NCBI GenBank assembly: GCA_025451885.1
Contig: JANWJL010000034.1
Coordinates: 13,149-77,148 of the forward strand
Reading direction: 5' to 3'
Length of the DNA: 64,000 nucleotides
From: Candidatus Microgenomates bacterium
GTDB lineage: Bacteria; Patescibacteriota; Microgenomatia; UBA1406; GWC2-37-13
Shown in pieces: positions 1 to 8,941 of this stretch. How positions within the stretch are numbered: the first letter of the stretch is position 1; each line of letters opens with the position of its first letter. The translations under genes were made by a program, and so were the position numbers. The notes under the pieces are model-generated. The model had not been told where the DNA came from and did no database searches. It worked only from the letters and a program-made list of their open reading frames with translations.

Positions 1-155
1 TTTTCTCTGAAATTAGTAAGCACCGGAGTTCGTTCACTTAGATCAACGAGTTTTGGAAGGATGGGGGATTGATTAAGACGGCTCATTACCACTACCTCCA
101 AGGGAGTGGAGCCGAACGAAGCTGGTTCTTGTAAATCTACACCTGATTCCGGCAT
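1..155 (-). CDS. hypothetical protein, N-terminal 51 codons only (gene runs off the window start)
   Basis: Own reading of the minus strand: ATG at 155, then an open frame MPESGVDLQEPASFGSTPLEVVVMSRLNQSPILPKLVDLSERTPVLTNFRE... to position 1 with no stop. It lies 14 nt downstream of the redoxin stop on the same strand. No recognisable motif. Confidence 0.3.
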   Translation of the reverse strand, partial: MPESGVDLQEPASFGSTPLEVVVMSRLNQSPILPKLVDLSERTPVLTNFRE

Positions 156-169
156 ATATCTTATTACTT

Positions 170-724
170 CTATTGCCATTTGATCGAACATCCCATTGAT
201 GGCTTCTGGTCTTTTGGCGCATCTTTTCCTTGTGCAAGAGCGCTCATAGCATCTTCGAGATTTCTTTCCTGTACGGCAGATTCATCCTGCCAGTTGTCAT
301 TTATTCTTCCATGATAAAAAAGTTTAGATTCATTATTATCATTTCGGAAAAGATATGGGTCCGGAGTGCATTGTGCATGATACTCTTTGGCGACCTTCTG
401 GGTACTGTCGTGGATGTAATCGAAGGGAATATTCCACTCTTTCTTCTTCTGCTGCATTCCTTCATACGAATCTTCAGGATGCATCTCTCCGCTGTTTGGG
501 TTAATCGCTACTACACCGATATCTTTTGAGAATTTTGAGTAAAGTTCTATTACCAAAGGCCACGATGCTTTTGCGTACGGACAGTGATTGCATGTGAAAA
601 CAATAAGAAGTCCTTTTTTATCGGAAAAATTACTCAACGATATACTTTGGCCTTCTGTATTGGGAAGATCGAAATCAGGCGCTTTCCATCCTTGCGGTAA
701 CTCGTAAGAATTCAACAACGCCAT
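170..724 (-). CDS. thioredoxin-fold redoxin (AhpC/TSA-like thiol-disulfide oxidoreductase)
   Basis: ORF 170..760. CxxC motif in 'LLIVFTCNHCPYAKA', typical of the redoxin fold. Start placed at the second in-frame ATG (MALLNSYELPQGW, 724); the ATG at 760 remains possible. Confidence 0.7.
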   Translation of the reverse strand: MALLNSYELPQGWKAPDFDLPNTEGQSISLSNFSDKKGLLIVFTCNHCPYAKASWPLVIELYSKFSKDIGVVAINPNSGEMHPEDSYEGMQQKKKEWNIPFDYIHDSTQKVAKEYHAQCTPDPYLFRNDNNESKLFYHGRINDNWQDESAVQERNLEDAMSALAQGKDAPKDQKPSMGCSIKWQ

Positions 725-765
725 GTATTTTAGTGTAAGAAAAACGTAAGAAAAAATCAACCCTT

Positions 766-2442
766 TTACATTTTTTTGTATATCCGTATGACAGGATGAT
801 CAAATACAGTCCATGTTTCTTCGGCATCTTCATCGGGAAGAATCAGACTTTTCTCCCCAATAGTTATCTCAGGGTAAGATGAAAACTCTGCGACTTTTTC
901 AAAACCAAGATTTCCGTTAAACAAATTCTCATAATACGCATTTACCAATGGATATTTTTGTATCAACTCCTTGCAGGCCGGGCTATTATTTTTTTTCAAT
1001 GTAAATTCATCAAAACAAGTGTTGTTTTTAAAAACTCTTCTTGAGGGGATGATAATGTAGTCGGCATGGTCGATCGCTTTTTTTAGTGAAGATTGAAGAG
1101 TCTGATTTTCGTCGAGGTGGTAAAAATCAAACGAATTTAATATATATGCCTTTCCGGTATCTTGTGTGTCGATTGGAATATCAACTACATTTGCCGTCTC
1201 TGAAAGCAGGTATGATCCTGAAGGAGCGGTATTATAAATCCATCTGGATGCCTCCAGACGGATGTCGGACTTCAGATAAACCGACATAAACGCTATCCCG
1301 TTGATAACAGAAAGAAAAATTAAAAAATAAACAAGAAATTGCATTTTCTGAAGTTTTTTATAGATTTGAATAACTAATAGCGATGCTATTAAAATCATAA
1401 TCGGTATAACAGGCGCCATAAACCGGCTCCATTTTGCATACAAAAATGCAGTCGGTAGAAAATAAATGAGAAAGCTGATGCGCAAGAGATTAAATTCTTT
1501 TTTCCATGGAAGAAAAAAAAGTCCGAGTATGAATAATATGAAGACCGGCAGTCCAAGTGAATAGGGAAATATATGAAAAGACTGGTAAAGAATCGGAATG
1601 GTATGAAAAAAGGATCTAGTATAGAAAACCTCAGTTCCCTGGGCGACCGCGGATTCGTAGTTAATAGCGCTGATAAAGTCATTAAAAGATATGAGGTTAT
1701 GCGGAGAAAATAAAACCGCGATGAAACCGCTTAAAGCTCCCCATATAAAAAGCCTAGTTAGTTTATGCGCTGATTTTTTTTTGGTTCTGAAATGATAGAG
1801 ATAACTCAAAACCGGCAGTACTGCAAAAATCCCGGAGGAAATTTTAGTTGCCACACTAAGACCGATTAAAACGGAGGAAGTAATGATAAATTTTCTTTCG
1901 GAAATTTTTGACTGCGCCAATAAGAGAGAAACGTAGGTAATAGCAGTATAGAAAAAGAGGAGCGCCGACTCGGTGGTCCCAAAATGTGCAAACTGAATAA
2001 GAGCCGGCGAAAATATAAAAATAAATAGAATCGAAGACTTTAGCCAAAGATTTAGGTCTTCGTCGAAAGCTTCGATGATCTTCCAAAAAAGCCAGACCGT
2101 TGCAATTGAAAAAAATGCAGAGATAATTCGTAGAATCAGAGTAGTTTCAGGAAGGCTGAAATTTCCCTGAAGATTGTGAGTAAAAAAGCGGGCAGTTTTA
2201 TCCAAGAAAAAAGCAAGGTATAGGGGAAACTGGCCGTAGGCGAAAAAATTAGGATTTAAGCAGTTTTTAATATCTGTGACGTCCGGGCAGCTCAATTGTT
2301 GCACAGAAACCGCCATGTTTCTTTCGTCAGGATGAAACGGGAAGGGAAGACCCCATGAAAGATTCCAAAGACGAGTAAAAAATAGCGCCAGGACAATGAA
2401 AAACAATAAAATTGTAGAGTAACTGCGCTTGATTTTAGGCAT
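766..2442 (-). CDS. GT-C fold membrane glycosyltransferase (GT39/ArnT/PMT_2-like)
   Basis: 558 aa with many hydrophobic helices. Acidic first-loop motif 'LPFPFHPDERNMAV' after the first TM, and a soluble C-terminal ~150 aa domain. This is the architecture of polyprenol-phosphate-sugar dependent GT-C enzymes. Confidence 0.65.
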   Translation of the reverse strand: MPKIKRSYSTILLFFIVLALFFTRLWNLSWGLPFPFHPDERNMAVSVQQLSCPDVTDIKNCLNPNFFAYGQFPLYLAFFLDKTARFFTHNLQGNFSLPETTLILRIISAFFSIATVWLFWKIIEAFDEDLNLWLKSSILFIFIFSPALIQFAHFGTTESALLFFYTAITYVSLLLAQSKISERKFIITSSVLIGLSVATKISSGIFAVLPVLSYLYHFRTKKKSAHKLTRLFIWGALSGFIAVLFSPHNLISFNDFISAINYESAVAQGTEVFYTRSFFHTIPILYQSFHIFPYSLGLPVFILFILGLFFLPWKKEFNLLRISFLIYFLPTAFLYAKWSRFMAPVIPIMILIASLLVIQIYKKLQKMQFLVYFLIFLSVINGIAFMSVYLKSDIRLEASRWIYNTAPSGSYLLSETANVVDIPIDTQDTGKAYILNSFDFYHLDENQTLQSSLKKAIDHADYIIIPSRRVFKNNTCFDEFTLKKNNSPACKELIQKYPLVNAYYENLFNGNLGFEKVAEFSSYPEITIGEKSLILPDEDAEETWTVFDHPVIRIYKKM

Positions 2443-2475
2443 CTCAAATACTATTATATAGAGAAGTTAATTTTT

Positions 2476-2739
2476 ATGAGCGAATACGAATTTGTATTTC
2501 TCCTGAACGCAAAGGAAGAGTTGAAGACCCTGAAGGCACTTGTCTCATCTCTTTCGGGAAAAGTCCTTGAGGAAAAAACGTTGGGCAAAAAAAATCTTGC
2601 GTACCCGATAAAAAAACAGACATCTGCGGACTTTTATGAATGGAGATTGCAATTAAGCAAAGATAAACTAAGCGAGTTCAAAAAAACAGTCGGTTTCAAC
2701 GAGAAACTACTGCGTTATCTTCTTTTAAAGTCAGAATAA
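2476..2739 (+). CDS. rpsF: 30S ribosomal protein S6
   Basis: N-terminus 'MSEYEFVFLLNAKEE' is S6-like, and the gene heads the conserved rpsF-ssb-rpsR cluster. Confidence 0.85.
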   Translation: MSEYEFVFLLNAKEELKTLKALVSSLSGKVLEEKTLGKKNLAYPIKKQTSADFYEWRLQLSKDKLSEFKKTVGFNEKLLRYLLLKSE

Positions 2740-2745
2740 AACACT

Positions 2746-3261
2746 ATGGCAAGTCGATCATTAAATAAAATCATGCTTGTTGGAAATCTCACCAGAGATC
2801 CTGAGCTTAAATATACGCCCTCAGGTGCGGCGGTCTGCAGTATCGGTCTTGCTACCAACCGCTCATGGACTACCGGTGAAGGACAGATCAAAGAAGAGAC
2901 GCAGTACCACCGGATAGTAGCCTGGAATAAACTTGCTGAACTTTGCGGAAAACTGTTAACAAAGGGAAGCAAGATCTATGCGGAGGGAAGAATAGCATAC
3001 CGGTCCTATACCGGCAAGGATGGCCAGCAAAGAAGCATTACCGAGATCATTCTTGAGGATTTCATAGTCTTTGGTGCTGGAAAAAGAGCGGTGGCAAGTG
3101 ATGATACTCAGGGACCTTCGGAGGGTGCAGCAGAAACTGTCTCGTCGAGTCCTGAGACAAGCGTGGAGGAAAAAGAGCTTGTTGAGGATGAACCGAAAAA
3201 ATCCAAAGGAAAGAAAAAGAAAGAAACCGAAAGCGTCGACCCCGACGACATCCCGTTTTAA
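2746..3261 (+). CDS. ssb: single-stranded DNA-binding protein
   Basis: OB-fold N-terminus 'LNKIMLVGNLTRDPELKYTPSGAAVCSIGLATNRSW', a disordered acidic/Gly-Ser-rich linker, and the canonical acidic tip 'DPDDIPF'. Confidence 0.9.
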   Translation: MASRSLNKIMLVGNLTRDPELKYTPSGAAVCSIGLATNRSWTTGEGQIKEETQYHRIVAWNKLAELCGKLLTKGSKIYAEGRIAYRSYTGKDGQQRSITEIILEDFIVFGAGKRAVASDDTQGPSEGAAETVSSSPETSVEEKELVEDEPKKSKGKKKKETESVDPDDIPF

Positions 3262-3276
3262 ATTTCTTAACGTTCT

Positions 3277-3483
3277 ATGAAATGTTTTTTCTGTCAATAT
3301 AATGTAAGTCCAAGCTTTAAGGATGTGGAAAATCTGCAGAAGTTTATTTCTCCTAGAAAAAAACTACTTAGCCGTGATAAAACGGGCACATGCGCAAAAC
3401 ACCAACGTCAACTTACCAAACAAATAAAATATGCGAGATTCCTCGGTCTTCTTCCATACGTCTCCTACCAAGGCCTGAAGTAA
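3277..3483 (+). CDS. rpsR: 30S ribosomal protein S18
   Basis: 'FISPRKKLLSRDKTGTCAKHQRQLTKQIKYARFLGLLPY' matches the S18 core; position is after ssb. Confidence 0.9.
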   Translation: MKCFFCQYNVSPSFKDVENLQKFISPRKKLLSRDKTGTCAKHQRQLTKQIKYARFLGLLPYVSYQGLK

Positions 3484-3486
3484 AAT

Positions 3487-3495
3487 TGGTATAAT
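3487..3495 (+). promoter_or_regulatory. extended -10 promoter element TGGTATAAT, 6 nt upstream of ATG 3502
   Basis: Read directly: ttGGTATAATcaaagaATG. No Shine-Dalgarno sequence fits in the 6-nt gap. Confidence 0.5.
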
Positions 3496-3501
3496 CAAAG
3501 A

Positions 3502-4227
3502 ATGCCTATTATCTTCTCTGTGCCTGTTAAGGACAAGCTCCTTATTAAGTCGGGACAGGAGATTGACTTTACGACTCCACTTTTTAAAAAAGGCGAGCAA
3601 GAAGAAAAAGTCGTGCCGTTATCGGAGCTTTTAAAAATTGCTCCGCAAAAAATCTTTCTTCATCTTAAAAAATTCGTAGGCGAAGATCTATCCCGCGGAG
3701 ATCTTGTTGCCGAAAAAAAAGGATTCCTTGATAAGAAACAGTACCTGAGTGAATACGATGGAGTATTGAAAGAGGTTGATCATGAAAAAGGTAATCTGAT
3801 CGTTACAACCCATACCACTACTAAGCAGGTAAAACACGCATACTTTAAAGGAAAAGTGGAGGATGTTAAAAAAAATGAAATAACACTATCTACTAAGGAA
3901 GTTAAAAAGTTTTCTGCAAAAGAAGTGTCAACGGATTTTGGAGGAGAGGTGCTGTTCACTGATGAAGAGTCATTGGCGAATCTTTCGCCGGAGGCGGTTA
4001 AAAATAAAGTAATCGTCATCGAGTCTATCAAGCCGTACAACCAATCCAAACTTGAGGTGATGGGAGCAGTGGGATTTGTCAGTGCTCAAAATCTTCAGGA
4101 TTCGACTCCTCCTCCTTTTGCCCGAGTTAAGGATGAAGATGACTGGAATGACATCAAGAAGGTAAAACTCCCGTATTGCCTTGTGGACAAAAAGACTGGT
4201 ATGATTTACTTTTATCAAACCTCATGA
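3502..4227 (+). CDS. hypothetical protein (241 aa, Lys/Glu-rich, no TM segment or signal peptide seen)
   Basis: Long ORF in the slot where rplI (L9) normally follows rpsR, with no resemblance to the L9 N-terminus. Its stop overlaps the ctpA start (ATGA at 4224-4227). Confidence 0.5.
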   Translation: MPIIFSVPVKDKLLIKSGQEIDFTTPLFKKGEQEEKVVPLSELLKIAPQKIFLHLKKFVGEDLSRGDLVAEKKGFLDKKQYLSEYDGVLKEVDHEKGNLIVTTHTTTKQVKHAYFKGKVEDVKKNEITLSTKEVKKFSAKEVSTDFGGEVLFTDEESLANLSPEAVKNKVIVIESIKPYNQSKLEVMGAVGFVSAQNLQDSTPPPFARVKDEDDWNDIKKVKLPYCLVDKKTGMIYFYQTS

Positions 4228-5483
4228 ATAAAGGAAAAGCTACAAACTGGCTCCTGATCATTTCATTGGCTATTTTTCTCTTTGGCTCGGGATTTAAATT
4301 GGGAGAATATAAAGCGCTCGACGGATCAAAGAGGGGAGTGTCGTATTCGGTCTCAAATGCCACAGAACCTGCGGGAATGAAAAGCAAGAATCTAAACTTC
4401 GGTCTATTTTGGGAAACATGGGACAAGGTTGAACAGAAATTCATCGATAAAAAAAAGGTTGATCCACAGAAGATGTACTACGGAGCAATTAAGGGTCTTG
4501 TCGCATCCTTGGATGATCCGTATACTTTTTTCCTTACTCCTGATGAAAACAAAGAGTCAAAGGCTGATCTGGAAGGAAAATTTGAGGGAATCGGCGCACA
4601 GCTGGGACTAAAGAATGGAAGGATAGTGATCGTAGCTCCTTTAAAAAAATCTCCTGCAGAAAAAGCCGGCGTAAGGGCCGGCGATTATATCGTTGAAATA
4701 AACGGTCAAAACACAAAAGGATTTACGCTGACTCAAGCTGTCACAAAAATCCGTGGGAAAAAAGGAACGCAAGTCAAATTAAAACTTTTGAGAGAGACCA
4801 AAGAGTTTGATGTGACGATAACCAGAGAGCAGATTCTGGTCAACTCTGTCGAGCTGACCAAAGAAAAAAGAAAGGACTGCAAATCAAACTGTCCGCAGAT
4901 TGACGTAATCAAGGTGAACCAGTTCGGTGAAAATACTAATGAGGAGTGGAACAGAACAATCGATCAAGTTAAAAAAGACTGGGATCAAAGAAAGATACAG
5001 GGAATCGTACTCGACCTTCGTGACAATCCCGGAGGATTCTTGGAAAGCGCAGTCTATCTTGCAAGTGAGTTTCTCCCCACAGGAAGACTCGTGGTAAAGC
5101 AGGAGTCAACAACCGGCATAGACCGTGACTATGCGGTCAGTAGAACCGGAAAACTTCAGGATATTCCAATGATAGTCCTTATTAATAAAGGGTCTGCGTC
5201 TGCATCCGAAATTCTTGCCGGGGCATTAAGAGATTACAGAAGGGCATCTCTAATCGGAGAAAAATCATTCGGAAAAGGATCGGTCCAGGAAGCACTTGAT
5301 CTTTCTGATGGTGCTGGCTTGCATGTCACTATTGCGAAGTGGATACTCCCTAATGGAGATTGGATAAACGGCAAAGGCATCGAGCCTGAAGTAAAGGTCG
5401 AAAATAAACTGAAAGAAGGAAATACCATCACCCGTGATGATGATCAACAGCTTGAAACTGCAATCCAAAAATTGGTAAAATAA
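4224..5483 (+). CDS. ctpA: carboxy-terminal processing protease (peptidase S41) with PDZ domain
   Basis: N-terminal TM anchor 'WLLIISLAIFLFGSGF'. PDZ 'IVIVAPLKKSPAEKAGVRAGDYIVEING'. S41 catalytic segments 'LINKGSASASEILAGAL' and 'GEKSFGKGSVQ'. Start set at ATG 4224 (MNKGKATNW), not the upstream ORF start 4176. Confidence 0.85.
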   Translation: MNKGKATNWLLIISLAIFLFGSGFKLGEYKALDGSKRGVSYSVSNATEPAGMKSKNLNFGLFWETWDKVEQKFIDKKKVDPQKMYYGAIKGLVASLDDPYTFFLTPDENKESKADLEGKFEGIGAQLGLKNGRIVIVAPLKKSPAEKAGVRAGDYIVEINGQNTKGFTLTQAVTKIRGKKGTQVKLKLLRETKEFDVTITREQILVNSVELTKEKRKDCKSNCPQIDVIKVNQFGENTNEEWNRTIDQVKKDWDQRKIQGIVLDLRDNPGGFLESAVYLASEFLPTGRLVVKQESTTGIDRDYAVSRTGKLQDIPMIVLINKGSASASEILAGALRDYRRASLIGEKSFGKGSVQEALDLSDGAGLHVTIAKWILPNGDWINGKGIEPEVKVENKLKEGNTITRDDDQQLETAIQKLVK

Positions 5484-5492
5484 GTAGTTGCT

Positions 5493-6608
5493 ATGAAACG
5501 ACTTTTGATCCTTCTTATCCTTCTTGTCGCTGTTTTTTTTGTTGGCGACCGTTTCAACCTGCTTCCTAAATCACCTATCGACAAATATCTTCCGGAAAAA
5601 ACCGTCAAGCAAACAGTAGTGTATGAGGAGTCCACTGTCACCAAGGTTGTCGAAGATGCACTGCCCTCGGTCGTAACCGTTGGTATAAGTAAAACCCAAA
5701 ACGGTTCTACCCTGCAGGTTGATCCGTCAGATCCATTCTCGATCTTTAGAAGAGTTCCAACCCAGAAAAAAGTCGAGGCAAATATAGGAAGCGGATTTAT
5801 TGTTTCACCGGACGGACTTATCATAACCAGCAGACACGTAGTAGCAGATACCGAAGCAAAGTATAAAGTATTAACCAATGATAAGAAAAGCTTTAATGTA
5901 GAAAAAATATACCGGGACCCTTTAAACGATCTTGCTCTTGTAAAAATTAATACTAACGGTCTGAAAGCGCTTCCTCTGGGTGACTCAAAAACTCTAAAGC
6001 TCGGACAACAGGCTATCGCGATCGGTACTCCTTTGGGAGAATTTACCAACACCGTCACTGTAGGAATAATATCCGGTCTTGGAAGAGGCATTACGGCCGG
6101 CTCTCCTTTTGAAGGTTTTGTTGAAAAACTTGATAACGTAATCCAGACGGATGCTGCCATAAGTCCTGGAAACTCAGGTGGTCCTCTTTTAAATTCAGCG
6201 GGACAGGTTATCGGAGTAAACACAGCTGTAGCAGCTGAAGGTCAAAATATCGGATTTGCGATACCGGTTAATGTAGTGAAGAATCTTATCGAAAACTTTC
6301 AAAAAAGAGGAGGGACCTTCGAACGTCCTTATATCGGTATCCGCTACAAATTCGTAGACCGGCAGACCGCTGTACTTAATAACATAGTGCAAGGTGCTTA
6401 TATCATAGAGGTGATCGAAGGATCGCCTGCGCAAAAAGCCGGACTGCAGGATGAAGACGTCATCACGTCTTTTGACGGTAAAAAAATCGAAGATGATTCT
6501 TTGGCAAAACTCATTGAAGAGAAGAAGATCGGAGACAAGGTCAATGTTACGATATGGCGCTCCGGACAACAAAGAAATCTCCCGCTCACCCTCGAAGCCG
6601 CCCCGTAA
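5493..6608 (+). CDS. htrA: HtrA/DegP-family serine protease with C-terminal PDZ domain
   Basis: N-terminal TM anchor. Triad contexts 'ITSRHVV' (His), 'NDLALVKI' (Asp) and 'GNSGGPLL' (Ser). PDZ 'IIEVIEGSPAQKAGLQDEDVITSFDG'. Confidence 0.85.
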   Translation: MKRLLILLILLVAVFFVGDRFNLLPKSPIDKYLPEKTVKQTVVYEESTVTKVVEDALPSVVTVGISKTQNGSTLQVDPSDPFSIFRRVPTQKKVEANIGSGFIVSPDGLIITSRHVVADTEAKYKVLTNDKKSFNVEKIYRDPLNDLALVKINTNGLKALPLGDSKTLKLGQQAIAIGTPLGEFTNTVTVGIISGLGRGITAGSPFEGFVEKLDNVIQTDAAISPGNSGGPLLNSAGQVIGVNTAVAAEGQNIGFAIPVNVVKNLIENFQKRGGTFERPYIGIRYKFVDRQTAVLNNIVQGAYIIEVIEGSPAQKAGLQDEDVITSFDGKKIEDDSLAKLIEEKKIGDKVNVTIWRSGQQRNLPLTLEAAP

Positions 6609-6621
6609 CCTACTCTTCCCG

Positions 6622-6630
6622 TGATATAAT
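6622..6630 (+). promoter_or_regulatory. extended -10 promoter element TGATATAAT, 6 nt upstream of hisS ATG 6637
   Basis: Read directly: gTGATATAATtcttgtATG. Confidence 0.5.
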
Positions 6631-6636
6631 TCTTGT

Positions 6637-7884
6637 ATGAAAACTCTACAGCCATTACGTGGCTTCAGAGACATCTATCCTAAAGAAAAAGGTGTCCAGA
6701 GATTCATTTACGAGACAGTGCAAAAAGTTGCAGATGAGCTCGGCTATGAATCCTACGACGGGCCTGTTGTTGAGCCTATGGACCTATATATTAATAAGAC
6801 TTCGGAAGAACTTCTCAATCGTCAGACCTTTCAGATCAAAGACAAGAAAGATCAGACTCTTGTTCTGCGCCCGGAGATGACACCGACACTTGCACGGATG
6901 ATAGCAACAAAAGCAGGCGAGCTTACTCTTCCTTTGAAGCTTTTTAATTTCGGTCTAAGATTTCGGTACGAAGCTCCTCAAAAAGGACGCTCCCGCGAAT
7001 TTAACCAAGCTGACTTCGACATTCTGGGAGGAGAACAGCTTATTACGGATGCTGAAATACTTAAAACTCTTGTGGAGTTATTTTTATCTCTAGGATCAAC
7101 TCAAAGAGACTTTAAAATTTTGATAAGTTCCCGAGACCTATTAAATAAAATCCTTATAAGAGAAGGTCTTTCTGAAAAAACTATTCCTTCGTTGCTGAAG
7201 ATCATCGATGATGTTGACAAGATAAGTGACAAAGAGTTAGATAGCAGATTAAATAAATTGGGTTTGACTAAGGAAGACTATTCTAGAATCATATCTTCGA
7301 AAATCAAACCTAAAGATAGCGAATACTTCGATAAATTATTAGATTTACTAGGTCAGTACGGAATCCGAGATTTTATAGATATAAACCTTTCTGTAGTACG
7401 AGGTCTGGATTACTATACAGATCTTGTGTTCGAAGTCAAAGATTTAGGTGAAATTAAGCGCTCATTAGGTGGAGGAGGCAGATATAAAAATCTCGTTTCT
7501 GAATATAATTCAAAAGTAAATGTTTCAGGTGTTGGATTTGCTGTATCCGACGTAATGATTGAAGAATTTCTTCGAGAAAAAAATCTATTACCTGAAATTT
7601 CAACAAAAAAAACACAAGTATTAGTAACTGTTTTCCCTGATTTGCTCAACGAGTCTGTAAATGCCGTTAAAAAACTCAGAGAGAATGATATTTCTTCGGA
7701 ACTTTATCTTGAATCCGATAAGAAATTGGATAAACAACTAAAGTATGCGGATAAAAACAAAATTCCATATGTCCTGCTGATCGGGAACGAAGAAAAAGAA
7801 AAAAACGTTGTAAAACTTAAAAACATGAAAGAGCGGACTGAAGAAACACTTACGTTAAACGAGGTGGTTAAAAAACTCTCTTAA
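6637..7884 (+). CDS. hisS: histidine--tRNA ligase
   Basis: 'LRGFRDIYP' N-terminus, class II motif 2 '[23 protein letters not shown]', motif 3 'GGGGRYKNL', and a C-terminal anticodon-binding domain 'QVLVTVFPD...[11 protein letters not shown]'. Confidence 0.85.
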   Translation: MKTLQPLRGFRDIYPKEKGVQRFIYETVQKVADELGYESYDGPVVEPMDLYINKTSEELLNRQTFQIKDKKDQTLVLRPEMTPTLARMIATKAGELTLPLKLFNFGLRFRYEAPQKGRSREFNQADFDILGGEQLITDAEILKTLVELFLSLGSTQRDFKILISSRDLLNKILIREGLSEKTIPSLLKIIDDVDKISDKELDSRLNKLGLTKEDYSRIISSKIKPKDSEYFDKLLDLLGQYGIRDFIDINLSVVRGLDYYTDLVFEVKDLGEIKRSLGGGGRYKNLVSEYNSKVNVSGVGFAVSDVMIEEFLREKNLLPEISTKKTQVLVTVFPDLLNESVNAVKKLRENDISSELYLESDKKLDKQLKYADKNKIPYVLLIGNEEKEKNVVKLKNMKERTEETLTLNEVVKKLS

Positions 7885-7891
7885 TATACTT

Positions 7892-8587
7892 ATGCAGGTT
7901 AATCCGAATGTTGTTGTTATTGAAGCGCTCCCGGGAGTAGGGGGAGATGAGTCAAAGCTCTGGGCAAAAGAGCTTCTTCTTTCTTATATAAGGTTCGCTC
8001 AACGAAAAAACTTTAAATACGCCTATCTTGAGGAGAACATCATAAGAATAAGTGGTGAAGGAGCGTACAACTTCTTCAAAAATGAAACAGGTGTGCATAG
8101 AGTTCAACGGATTCCGGAAACCGAAAGAAAGGGAAGAATCCACACCTCTACCTGTGTAATGGTTGCTTTGCCTCAGATTACACAATCTGATGTAAGAATC
8201 AGTCCAAGCGATATCGAATGGCAGTTTTACAGGGCTGGCGGACATGGAGGACAGAATGTCAATAAAGTCTCAACCGCTGTACGGCTGACCCATAAACCCA
8301 GTGGAATAGTAGTCACAGCAAGCCGTGAGCGCTATCAGGAGGCAAACCGAAAGATCGCGATGGATCTTTTGCTCGGAAAGCTTTACCAACTTGAGGAAGA
8401 AAAGAAAAAAGGAATGATCTTTTCATATGTCCAAAATATTGGATCCGGTGAACGTGCAGATAAAATAAGAACCTATAATTTTCCTCAAAACCGGCTTACA
8501 GATCATAGACTTGGCAAAAGTTTCCACAATCTGGAAGACGTAATTGCTCAGGGAAAATGGGACAAAGTGTTTACATACGCCTCCTAA
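7892..8587 (+). CDS. prfA: peptide chain release factor 1, short form lacking the N-terminal domain 1
   Basis: RF1-type codon-recognition tripeptide PET in '[19 protein letters not shown]', 'GVGGDES' helix tip, GGQ in '[22 protein letters not shown]', and C-terminal '[21 protein letters not shown]'. It is only 231 aa and begins at the equivalent of domain 2. Confidence 0.75.
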   Translation: MQVNPNVVVIEALPGVGGDESKLWAKELLLSYIRFAQRKNFKYAYLEENIIRISGEGAYNFFKNETGVHRVQRIPETERKGRIHTSTCVMVALPQITQSDVRISPSDIEWQFYRAGGHGGQNVNKVSTAVRLTHKPSGIVVTASRERYQEANRKIAMDLLLGKLYQLEEEKKKGMIFSYVQNIGSGERADKIRTYNFPQNRLTDHRLGKSFHNLEDVIAQGKWDKVFTYAS

Positions 8588-8589
8588 AC

Positions 8590-8598
8590 TGGTATAAT
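8590..8598 (+). promoter_or_regulatory. extended -10 promoter element TGGTATAAT upstream of rpmE
   Basis: Read directly in the 37-nt prfA-rpmE spacer: aacTGGTATAATtaagg. Confidence 0.45.
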
Positions 8599-8630
8599 TA
8601 AGGTCTCGCGTTAGCTAATTATTTATGAAT

Positions 8631-8930
8631 ATGAAACAAGGAATTCACCCAAAATATTTTGATGATGCGCAGGTGGTTTGTGCCTGCGGAAATACGTTTA
8701 CTACGCGATCGATCAAACAAAACATCAGGGTAGACGTCTGTGCCCGCTGTCACCCTTACTTTACCGGAGAACACCGCTTTATAGACACAAAAGGACGTGT
8801 TGAAAATTTCCAGGCAAAACAAAAGAGAGCCGAGGAGATGAAGGCGCGGATTTCGACCAAAAAAGCTCAGAATAAAATCAATAAGGATTTACAGGCAAAA
8901 TCCCTTAAAGAATTGCTTAACGACCTCTAA
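8631..8930 (+). CDS. rpmE: 50S ribosomal protein L31
   Basis: 'MKQGIHPKY...CACGNTF...CARCHPYFTG' is the L31 signature with a CxxC zinc knuckle. Start at 8631 aligns with the usual MK.GIHP N-terminus; an in-frame ATG at 8625 is the alternative. Confidence 0.9.
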   Translation: MKQGIHPKYFDDAQVVCACGNTFTTRSIKQNIRVDVCARCHPYFTGEHRFIDTKGRVENFQAKQKRAEEMKARISTKKAQNKINKDLQAKSLKELLNDL

Positions 8931-8932
8931 GC

Positions 8933-8941
8933 TGGTACAAT
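8933..8941 (+). promoter_or_regulatory. extended -10-like element TGGTACAAT upstream of the rplJ leader
   Basis: Read directly: gcTGGTACAATaagc, followed by a 68-nt untranslated leader before rplJ. Confidence 0.4.

Noticed and set aside
5444-6223. 259-aa ORF on the minus strand
   Set aside because: It lies entirely antisense to the well-supported htrA gene and the ctpA 3' end. The translation is low-complexity with no motif, so it is a typical shadow ORF.
7892-8587. UGA recoding (an alternative genetic code), suggested by seeing only an RF1-type factor
   Set aside because: Full-length homologues end on TGA at the expected length: DegT aminotransferase (36207-36209), formyltransferase (36965-36967), GT2 (31124-31126) and flippase (48031-48033), often in ATGA overlaps. 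UGA is therefore a stop, and an RF2 is presumably encoded outside the window.
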